A stretch of 64,000 nucleotides of DNA, from assembly GCF_009914755.1 (NCBI RefSeq), contig NC_060935.1. The stretch is one strand, 5' to 3'. The translations under genes were made by a program, and so were the position numbers. The notes under the pieces were generated by a model. That model was given only the letters and a program-made list of their open reading frames with translations. It had not been told where the DNA came from and searched no databases. Positions within the stretch are counted from its first letter, which is position 1. Every line of letters starts with the position of its first letter. Positions 52,740-64,000 of this stretch are shown one piece after another. This DNA is from the human T2T-CHM13v2.0 reference genome, Homo sapiens.

Positions 52740-53060
52740 AACACATTTAAATCAGTGGGCTTTGAGCAAAGTCGACTGCCCTCCGTAACGTGGGTGGACT
52801 TCCTGTAATCAGTTGAACCCCTGAATAAAACAAAAGACTCACGATCTAGCGCAAGAGGGCATGCTGTCAGCACATGGCCTTTGCACTTGAACTGCAGCAT
52901 CAGCTTTTTCCATGTCTCCAGCCTGCCGCCCACCCTGCAGACTTGGACTTGCCAGTCTTGCTCGCCGTGTGAGCCAATTCCCTAAAACCTCTCTCTCTCT
53001 TAGATAGATAGATAGATAGATAGATGATAGATAGATAGATAAACACATAGATAGATATGA

Positions 53061-53098
<38 letters not shown>

Positions 53099-53158
53099 CA
53101 GATTATATTATATATAAAATCATATTGTTTCTGTTTTCTGGAGAACCTTACTAATACA
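52740..53158 (+). mobile_element. ERVL LTR (MLT2-like), 5'-truncated, with (GATA)n and (TA)n
   Basis: tgccctccgtaacgtgggtgg...ccagcctgccgcccaccctgcagac...ctggagaaccttactaataca. Confidence 0.85.
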
Positions 53159-53220
53159 TGTGTTAATTATAGTTATTTCAAAGTCCTTGCCTGCCAAATC
53201 CAATATAAGAACCATATATG

Positions 53221-53460
53221 GGGGAGGGGGGAGGCATAGCATTAGGAGATATACCTAATGTTAAATGACAAGTTAATGGGTGCAGCACACCAAAATGGCA
53301 CATGTATACATGTGTAACAAACCTGCATGTTGTGCACATGTACCCTAAAACTTAAAGTATAATAAAAAATAATAATAAATAAATAAATACCCTCTACTTG
53401 GGGCACACCCTATGTAAATGAAGAGGATGAAGTAAAGTTACAAAGTCGAAAAAAAAAAAA
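53221..53460 (+). mobile_element. 5'-truncated L1PA (PA3/PA4-like) with 3' transduction
   Basis: gcattaggagatatacctaatgttaaatgac...cttaaagtataataaa; first A-rich tail, 59 extra bases, second poly-A; TSD aagaaccatatatg(gg) at 53207 and 53461. Confidence 0.92.
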
Positions 53461-53634
53461 AAGAACCATATATGGGTCTACTTCTATTATTTTGTGTGCT
53501 ATGTATGGATTATCAGTCATATTTCCTTGCCTTTTCACACATCTAGTATTTTTTAATGCCAGAAATTTTGTGCATACCAGAAGGAATAGGAGGGATCTCT
53601 AGAGAAAAATAATATCTGTAGCTTTATGATTCCT

Positions 53635-54020
53635 TTATATGCAATGTCTGGTATGTACTACAAGGTCACTAGAAGCAAGGAAATATGACTGATAATTGAA
53701 CAGGGGAAAAGATATTGAAGCAGACCATAATATGATACCTATATTGGAGTTAGCAGACAAAGACTTTAAATGACTATGATTACTTTGGTTAAAAAAAAAA
53801 AAGGAGAGAGAGACAAAATGGATGAAATAGATGTATATATAAATGAAGAATTTTAACAGAGTGTTTGAATTTATTTTTAAAAAATTGCATAGAAATTCCA
53901 GAATTAAAAGACACAATATCTGAAATCATTAACCCAATAGATGAATTTAATAGCAGTTGGACACAGAATTATCAACCTGGAAGATAGGCCAATAGATCAT
54001 AGCCAAATTAAAAAACTGGG
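53635..54020 (+). mobile_element. Old L1M ORF1-region fragment
   Basis: tattggagttagcagacaaagactttaaa...aacctggaagataggccaataga. Confidence 0.7.
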
Positions 54021-54497
54021 AGGAATGAATATTTTAATGCTATTCAACATGCTGCCATTACAAATAATTATACAGGATTCTCCCATTTTTTGTTATGACA
54101 CAATATATTTGTCTAGACATATGATATCAATATTTATTTCTGAGTTGTAGGATGAGGGAGTTTTGCTTTTCTTCTCTCAATTATCTATATTTCCCTCAAG
54201 AAATACAACAAGAGACATCATCAGTAAGTCACTTTAAGTATACTTTTCTCCAGATAACCAACCAAACAGCTCGCTAAAAAACACATGTTTGTAAGTGGAG
54301 GCTGCTGTGCTGTTTGTGATGCTCTAGAGTCAGAATGCGGCAGGGCTTCCTTTAATGATGTGCCTTCTCCCCCAGGGTCCTGGGGCTGGAGGCTCTGAAT
54401 GCTTCTATTCCTCATCTCCATCCAGTGCCTTCCCTGTCTGCATCTTCACTCTGGAAACGTCAGAGGGTCTTACATATAGCCTTAACACAGCAAAAAC

Positions 54498-54541
54498 TGA
54501 ATGAATGAATGAATGAATGAATGAATGAATGAATGAATGAA
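54498..54541. repeat. (GAAT)n microsatellite, probably an L2 tail
   Basis: Read directly from the sequence. Confidence 0.9.
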
Positions 54542-56939
54542 AGAAACCAGAAAGGAAGAAAAGAAAATGGAGTGTGGGATTTGAATCTCCTTCCTGCCGT
54601 CTTGGGTTCTTAGGAGCCCGTAAAAGTAAGGTCATTAACCTCTAGTTAATGGGGGTCCTGCTTTCACATGCAAGTCCTGATAATCCTATTACTATAAGAT
54701 CTTACTACCCACCTTCTCATTCTGTCAACCACAAAGGAAGGAAAAGAAGCCAAAGCATTTATTATTCCATATGTAGGTATTTGAGGTTAGATTTAGTGAG
54801 GCTGCCCAGTGTCTGAGCAGGCCAGTGATAGGCGTATTACAAACAGCTAGACAGACATTCGATCAAGTTCCAACTTCAAGAAAACTAAGGACTTATATAT
54901 TTATGTTTGTGTTTATATACACATATATATGTGGTGTGTGTGTATGTGTGTGTGTGTGTGTATTCTGTTTTTGAAAAACATATTGTGAAGTGCTGCAAGC
55001 CCCTTGGCCTTACCCTCATTCAGGGAGAAGATGTGTGCCATCGGAAATCAAGGAGTTTGATGGGATGTGCTGGTGGGAAGAAAGGTAAAGACAGAATTTC
55101 CAGAAATTGCTGAATTCACTGCACATATCTAAACAGTTGAAGCTGTATCTCAGGCAGTTTGGTGACAGAAGGAAACACCAGCAATAGAATAATTAAAGCT
55201 TCCCCCAAACCACAGTCTAAGAGATTTTTAACCTGTTTTTGCCTTACCAGGATATACAATCTGTAGCTTGTACTTTCTTTCCCCGCACCTCCTCCCCGAA
55301 AACTTGTCCCTCTGAGAGGGGGCCTTATTATAGATACATAGCATGTATGTTTAACCCAGATATTTTAGTCTTCCCCCATCATACAGCATTAGGCATCAAA
55401 CAAAAAGACTGCTCTTTTTCAATGGATCTAATTGTGCATCACTTGAATGTACCATAGACAGAGTCCTTGGGTGATGGAACCACAAGGAAAGCCTTCTCTG
55501 GTTAGAGGAGTGAGGTCAAGAGGCCAGGACTGTTCTTTTGCTGACTCTAGCATGCAAATGTATGTGTCATAAGTAAGAGATTCATATGCATCTCCAGTGG
55601 TGTTTGGACTGTTAGCATGACACTGGCAGAACGAAGCTGAGATTCTCCTGCTAGCTGAGATAACATCAGGGCTGGGGAATGTCCCTGGGGCCCTTCCTCT
55701 CTCATTTCTAGCAAGGAGATCCAGACATCCCCTAGGCACAAGGCAAGGCAGAGCACAGGCTCCTTTCAACCAGCCACAGCTCTCCCTGGATGTCAGCCCT
55801 ATCCGTGCCTTCCCCAGCTGCCTCTGGAAGGAGGGCAGAGACCAGAGCCACCTATTCTGAAAGACAACCAGCTCCATGTGCCAGGCAAAGCAAGAACTCT
55901 GGGCAGCTACAGGGAAGAGAAACAGCCCATTTAATGTGCTCTGATTCCCTCCTGGAAAGACTGGAAAATTATCCGCTTGCCTCAAATATCTTCATTAAAA
56001 ATGCATTTAAGCTGTGAAGCTCTACGAAGGAGAGACCTGTAATACATGAAAGATTAGCCCCAGATTGCTGATTGGACTATTTTACATCATTATGGTAATT
56101 AAGCTAGCAAGGCTGTTGTGCTGACTTCGACACTTTCTTCCATTTGCCTTTGTTTCCAATTCAAGGTATCTTCCCCCCTCTTTCCATCTTCCAGCCTTCT
56201 TCCTTTCCTCCCCTTCCTCCCCTTCTCACCCCTCCCCACTAAATGTCTCCTGGGAGCCTTGGTGGGTCCTGCCTCATGCATATGCATTGCACTCGGTTGG
56301 ATTCAATCTCCCATGGCTTCTCTGCCAACCTTGTCTTGACTCTGCAGAGTAAAGGGAAGAAATTAATGGTAATTACAAGGTGTGAGTGGATATTACAGCT
56401 CTCTATCTGATTGCCAGTGAAACCAAATAAAAATGGAACGTAATCAGCCAATTATTAAAACACAGAATAAACAAAAGGAGTCTTGTCTCTTACTTGCCTT
56501 CCCTTGCTTACTTTCTATCCTCAGACCAGCAAGCCTGGCTCAGGGCAGTGACTGGAGACACCCGTGATACACTCCCTGGGACTCCACTAGAGCTAAGACT
56601 ACACAGCTGGTGTGCAGGGCCACCTTCCAATGTGGAAGATGGAGAGAGCCTGTTTGAAGGCCCTCCATGATCGTATAGGCCCTCCTCACTCTCCCTCTCC
56701 CACCTCCCCCCACCGCTTGCCAGAGTCATCAGTACTCTCAAGTGTCCCCACAAAAAGAAGTGGTTCCATATTTCTTTCCACCATTTGTAAATGCATGAAT
56801 AACTTCTAGAAATAGATGCAAAACTCTGCACTCGGTGACATTCCCCTGAGAAACCAGGAGTCTCTGAGGCGGTGAATGGATTACAAGGAGAAATATAAGA
56901 GAAAGGCTTTTCAACTGTGACAGCTGACAGGAGAGTGAA

Positions 56940-56971
56940 GTGTGTGTGTGTGTGTGTGTGCGCGCACACAC
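56940..56971. repeat. (TG)n(CG)n(CA)n alternating tract
   Basis: Read directly from the sequence. Confidence 0.9.
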
Positions 56972-57214
56972 TCATGCACTGTCACATGCAAAAGCAGTTC
57001 TGGCCCAGGGGATGGTCCAGTCAGCTTTCTTCCCTTCCCTGGTGACCCAAGGAAACAGTACTGGAACACTGATGGTGGAGGGAAACAGACAAAAACCAAA
57101 AATAAGTCCCTCCCTTTCCTTAACATTACTTGTGATATGCAGCTGAGATTTTTAATTATATAAAAGTACTGCATGCATATGTTCACACCCACAGCTCAGT
57201 TGTAACCTGAGGAG

Positions 57215-57445
57215 CAGCTCAGCATGGAGGTGTAAGGTCACAGTCTTTGTCATTAAGTAGACTGGTTTCTACCCTTTCTGACTAATTTACTAGCTGTGGG
57301 ACCTTATGAAGCTTACTTCACTTCTCCAAGTCTCAATTACCTCATTTGTAAATGAAGACTATAATCATATCCACCTCATGTATTTGTAAGGATGAAATGA
57401 AATAATGCATGCAAAGTGCACTTTATGAATATTCATTGTTATTAA
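57215..57445 (+). mobile_element. MIR
   Basis: tttactagctgtgggacctt...ctcaattacctcatttgtaaatg...aggatgaaatgaaataatgcatg. Confidence 0.8.
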
Positions 57446-57659
57446 ACAATATATGTAAGTGGTAAATCAGACTTTAATCTTTGAATGTATTTCTTCATAG
57501 ATTATATTGCATGCCAATTATCTCAAAAGAATACCTTACCTTACTTTTAGGACTTCAGAGGGCACCTGAGTCTACCTGGCCATCCTGCTATAATTTCCTA
57601 GTATGTTTGCTTGTTTTCTTCCCCTGTCCCTGTTCCATTTTTTTCTCCTAGCTTCCTCA

Positions 57660-59690
57660 AATCTTCACACCTCCACACGTCTTGCCATCCCTTCCTTCCC
57701 AGTAGAACCTCATTTCATAAGCTCTTGAGAACATGCCTTCGCATGGGGGACAACCTCTTCTTCCCACTAATGTATTTAGGAAACTATCCGCACCTGTCCT
57801 CACACCCCTTCCTCCCACTTGCTAAAAAAGTTGATGTCTCTCAACCACTATTGGTGGCTAGCACCTTTTCCTGCACCCTAGATTCCAACCCTCTTGCCTG
57901 CCTGCTAGGGACTTCACTGCTGTGGCCATCGCCTGTCTTTCCCCAGCATCATCAATATACGCTTCTCTGTGGAACCATCCCTATCAGCATCCAAACATCA
58001 TCTAGGGTGCCTCACTTATAAATAAAACAAACAAACAAACAAACAAACAAAAGCACTCCCTTTAACTCACTGCTTTCTCCATTTATCGTCTCATATTTTT
58101 TGTTCTGTTTCACAGCAAAACATAACAAAAGAATTCTATATATGCTTTGTCTCCACTTACTCTCAATCCATCTTCTCTTGAGCACACCCCATCATCCCTT
58201 CATCTCTGCCTCTCCACTGAAATGGCTCCACAAGATCACCAACTCCCCTCCTATGGTTAACCTGTGTGTTGTGGCACATGATCGCAGCATTTACACGGAT
58301 GGCCATGCCATCTTCCAGAAAAGCAGCCTGTATGTCTTCTGACATGCACTCTCTTGTTCTGCCTGCTACCTCACCGGTGGCTCCTGCTCTGTTCATCACT
58401 GACCTGTCCCTTCCTGCTGGACACCTGTCTAATTGCTGGAGTGCCGTAGGGTTCAATCCTGAAACTCTTTCCTACCTACGTCTCTCCTTCATTGAACTTT
58501 CCCTCCCTCACTGATGCTGCAGCCTTTCCAGTTTAAATCTCAGCCCTGAATGCTTACTGGATCTCCTCATTTTAGCTTATTTTATCTAAAAATCTTGTGT
58601 TCTGAACCATCACTCATGCCTCTTCAAAAATACTAGTCCTCCTTCTCTGGCTTTCTTTCTCTCACTGAATGCAACTGCCATTTATTGAAGCCATTCCAGA
58701 CAAAAAGTTAATCATCACCATTGATATTTCGCTCTTTCCTTTTCTCTTCACATCCAATTCATTAGTTTTCTCTGCTCATTGCAGCTCCAACGTGCACCTA
58801 GAATCTCTCTGCTTCCCTCTGTCCTCTCTGCTACCCTTCCTAAGCCAAGTCAGCCTCAGTTCTCGCTTGGACACTGTAACGGTACAGTTAGTCACACTGT
58901 GTTCATCCTCACTTTTTATCATCTCATTTTTTGTTCTGTTTCACAGCAAAACATCACAAAAGAATTTTATATACACTTTGTCTCCACTTACTTTCAATCC
59001 ATCTTCTCTTGAGCACACCCCATCATCCCTTCATCTCTGCTTCTCCACTGAAATGGCTCTGCAAGGTCACCAACTGCCCCCCTATTGTTTAACCTGTGTG
59101 TTCACACATTCCCCACCCAGCTGTGGTCTTTCTAATCCAAAAATAAGAGTATTCACCTTCAAAAACAACTTCCCGTGGCTGTAAACTTCAATTATAACAA
59201 CAACAAAAAAATCAACCACCTTTCTGTGATTGTCATTCCTCCCTCTGTGACCCCATCTCACACCACTTCCTCCTGCTGCCTGTTCTTTCACCACAAGCCC
59301 TTCAGTTTATCCACCTGTCTAAAGGCCTTGTATGCTCCCTTCTCTGTGTCTGGAAGGCCTCCCAGGTAGGTCTTTGCATAGGAAGATGCCTCCTGTCTTT
59401 AAAGTCTCAGAGCAGAGAGGGCTTCTCTGATACACAAGCAAAAGGGGCACTTCATGCTACCTGCTTCAGTCTCTACTATGTTGTTATTCCCACCCTTCAT
59501 CATGATTTCATAATATCTTTTAAATTATCTACATATTTGATTATTATCTGTCTTCCTTTGTTAGATCATGAACCTCATGATGGTAGTCACCTGCCTTTTC
59601 TGTCCATCTCTAAGTTTTCCTCAATTTGAAAATTACCTGGCACGTAGCCTAATTTAATGCACATTTGTTTATTACATGGATGAATACATT
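57660..59690 (+). mobile_element. Long degenerate L2
   Basis: ctctccactgaaatggctc, cagcattt, 3' end acctggcacgtag...catttgttt...gatgaat. Confidence 0.7.
58915..59102 (+). repeat. Non-tandem local copy of 58082-58270
   Basis: ~190 bp at roughly 90% identity by eye. Confidence 0.92.
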
Positions 59691-59829
59691 ACTTAGAGTC
59701 TAACTTCCTAACTATATATGAGCCTCTAGATACCCAGCAATTGAAGGGCATCCATCGCCCAAATTGAAAACCCTCAACTATGCCTGCCCTGATATTTGAG
59801 ACCACCTCACTCCTTCCATCAAAGCCCCA

Positions 59830-60035
59830 TTTGAACAGGACAGACCTGGTTTTAAATCCCACCTCCTCCATTTGACAGGGTGATATTGGACACATTTTTG
59901 AACCCATCTATGCCTCCATTTTCTCAAGAGGAAAATGAGGTAATAATATATTTGGAAAACTATTGTGAAGGTTAATGAGATAAAGTTTGTAAAGTAACCA
60001 GGTCTGGCACGTATAAGACATTCAATAAATGGCCT
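59830..60035 (+). mobile_element. MIR
   Basis: cagacctggttttaaatccc...ttgtgaaggttaatgagata...ctggcacgtataagacattcaataaat. Confidence 0.8.
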
Positions 60036-61539
60036 TTCTTCTTTCCTCAATATAAAGGATTTCAGCTTGCCACTTGGAAGGCGGGTTGAAAATACAACTC
60101 TAATTAAACAAATTTACACCCATGTGTGAATGACTCTTAGCCCTTTAGCATTCCCAGGGGAAGCTTATTAACCTAAATGCATTATTAATTGGTAGAATGT
60201 CTGTTAGTTTAACAAAGTGAAGGGAAAAGTTCCAGTAGAGAAGGGAATACACCTTTGGGTTGGGAGTCCTAGAAACAAAGCTAAGGAATATGCCCCTGGG
60301 CCGATGGGGTCACTGCCCAGTCAATTACTCTTGCTTTTCCTGCTGATGTTTATTTGTTTGTTTGCTTGTGTTTTTCTCTTTGTCCATGTGTGAACCCCGC
60401 TACCTCCCTAACCACTCAGGGTTTTGTATGCTTTTCCAGACTCTTTCAGAATAATAGTTTCCACAATTATTCAAGGTGCAAAGACGTGGCTACTGTTGGC
60501 ATGTAGCAGTTCCATGGACTGTATGTCCTGTCCATCTCTGTGAAGAGTCTGGGTAGTTATGGGTTCCACACAGATAATTATGTGCACAGGTATGCTTTTC
60601 TGTGTGCTTCTACACCCTTAAGTATGCATGCTTGTCTGTCACACAGTTAGCCACTGATCAGAAATTCCAGTACAAAACAAGCTCCTGTTGGCTTGGAAAC
60701 TATGAAAAATGCATTTGAAAGAGCAAGTTTTTGATGGCAATTGTCATTAACTACTTTATTTCCAAATACATTTCACAGTGCATTTCATGCCAGGAAGGGT
60801 TTCTTATCTTCTGAACTCTTAGTCTGCCAGTCTGAGTGGGATGGTGACAGTTTCCTTTGAACACAAGTAGTGAAATAACCCCCAGTGAATGGCAACAGCA
60901 AGAGAAGATGCAAAGGGGCAGAGGTGAAAAAAATGTGAAAGGCATCCCTGTTTACCTTTCAGACACTCCAACAGCCATGTGACCTGTCTCAAGATTATTC
61001 CATAGAGCAGAAAAGAATACTTTATGTAACATGGCCATAGCACTTCCAAAACTGCCTCAAGGTTTTTTAGCTATCAGTGATCCACTTGTCTGATTAAAAG
61101 ATAATTCTCTTAATTTACCCTATACTGCATTATGACCACAAGATTTCTTATGCAGTCCTGCCTGATTTCTCTGAGTCTTGGCAATAGATAAGAAGGTATG
61201 TAATCATACAGAAGGTGGTATTTGTTATTACTGTTACTCTAAGAAGCTATAGGATTGAAAAGGGACACATTTGTATGAATACACACAAAGAGTATTTATC
61301 TGAATACTTTTAGTGTCCATAAGTAGCCTTTACCAGGAGCCAGGGATCCTAAGGAAGAAATATAGGTATAAAGGGAAGAGAAGGGGGAGACAGATATATA
61401 GAACAGTAAGTCTCCAAATATCTACCCTATCAGCATCAGATCCTTCTTAGCACTTTGTAACTTAATTTGAGATCAGAATTTCTCTTGTTCCATGGTTGTT
61501 TCTTTTTAAGAACAGAAAGTTGCCTTTTTAAAGGTCTAT

Positions 61540-63010
<1,471 letters not shown>

Positions 63011-63699
63011 AAACAATACTCCATGAACCAGAAAACAAAATTATCCTATTGTTCACCAACAGAAAAAAAAAGTGGAATTTTTTTATTGTTTAATATTTCT
63101 TTCCTCATGTCATAGGCAAATGACAAACTTTTGGGTATCCGATGTTGGCTAGAAAAATTCTTTCTTGCCCCAAAGAAAGCCAGTGCTGATACTGAAGTTG
63201 TCTAGAAGATCTATGTGTTATTGAGAGATGACAGGATGCTCAGTGAATTTCCCAACAAGTGCCTAAGTAGGCAGGCAGAACTGGGCAGAGAATATGATTT
63301 CACTGGCTGGCCGTGGGCTGGACACTGTGGCAGATGTTGAAGACAGTAGGTGCCTCGTTTTCTCCACTCAGCAGCCTTGTGAAGAGTATTCTCCTTTGAA
63401 AGATAGCAGTGTGGAGGAATAGAAAACTTAAATAACTTTCCCAACACAGCAAGAAATTAGGAGAACTGACATTCAACATACAGATTACTCCAACTCACAC
63501 ATTACTCAAAACTTGCCTGCTTCCATCAGAAGGTTTGAGTCAGGGGATATTATTTATTCTAGTATTAGAAGAATCCAGAAGAATCCAAGTTATACTTGTT
63601 TATGCTAACCCAAGTATAATCTGGTATCTCTGGAGGGACCAAATTAACCCCAAATGCTGATCGTACTGTGCTAACTCAAACGGAAACTGGATTTAAAAA

Positions 63700-63840
63700 T
63701 CATAGCAGCTAGGATATAGTAGGTGCTTATCATATGCTAAGTGTCTCATAGGAATTAACTCATTTAATCCATATTGAAACCCTCTGAGATAGAGACCATT
63801 ATTTCTATCTGACAAGTGAGGAAACTGAGCATGAATGAAC
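63700..63840 (-). mobile_element. MIR
   Basis: ttaactcatttaatcc...tgacaagtgaggaaactgagc. Confidence 0.75.
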
Positions 63841-64000
63841 AAGTGAATATTACTGAATGAGTCAATTAATGAAGATGGAAACGCGGGCAAGGACCAGTAC
63901 AAAGCACAAGACTGAAAACGTACATACAGAAGAGCTACCCTTTGCAGACAGTGTTTGAGAAGGGCCTCTGACTTCTCCTCTTGACTCATCTCCTGAGGAA

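Larger units (their letters stand above)
52620..53575 (-). mobile_element. Old L1M ORF1-region fragment, interrupted by MLT2 and L1PA
   Basis: atagttatttcaaagtccttgcctgccaaatccaatat is the antisense of the ORF1-start motif also seen at 39360-39400. Confidence 0.6.

Noticed and set aside
55428-55985. Longest ORF (185 aa, minus strand)
   Set aside because: Starts at TTG, has no recognisable domain or coding-like composition, and overlaps other chance ORFs
57611-59184. 136-aa and 171-aa ORFs
   Set aside because: Lie in pyrimidine-rich L2 sequence; Ser/Leu/Pro/Phe-biased chance frames

Overview
This window reads as primate, most likely human, non-coding genomic DNA. It is intergenic or deep intronic, and I could not identify the locus. 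I can support no protein-coding gene, RNA gene or CRISPR-type system. The ORF track is explained by chance ORFs and by translations of Alu, L1, L2 and Tigger. A large share of the window is interspersed repeats: nine Alus, old L1M fragments, L2 and MIR relics, MaLR/ERVL/ERV1 solo LTRs, and DNA transposons including a two-ended Tigger1. Subfamily names are recalled from consensus sequences and need RepeatMasker/Dfam confirmation. The main points of interest are: (1) a short L1PA insertion with a 59-bp 3' transduction between two A-tails inside one TSD (53.2-53.5 kb); (2) a ~245-bp segment apparently copied from ~2 kb downstream into an old L1, flanked by a ~60-bp duplication (41.9-44.7 kb), and a second ~190-bp non-tandem local copy inside an L2 (58-59 kb); (3) a fold-back pair of old L1 fragments (52.6-53.9 kb); (4) an orphan CpG-rich element with GC boxes, a G4 motif, paired GATA sites and a strong splice donor (26.9-27.8 kb); (5) a close inverted Alu pair (44.2-45.1 kb). 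I found no evidence for a new biological system; the findings are local genome-rearrangement fossils and candidate regulatory elements.
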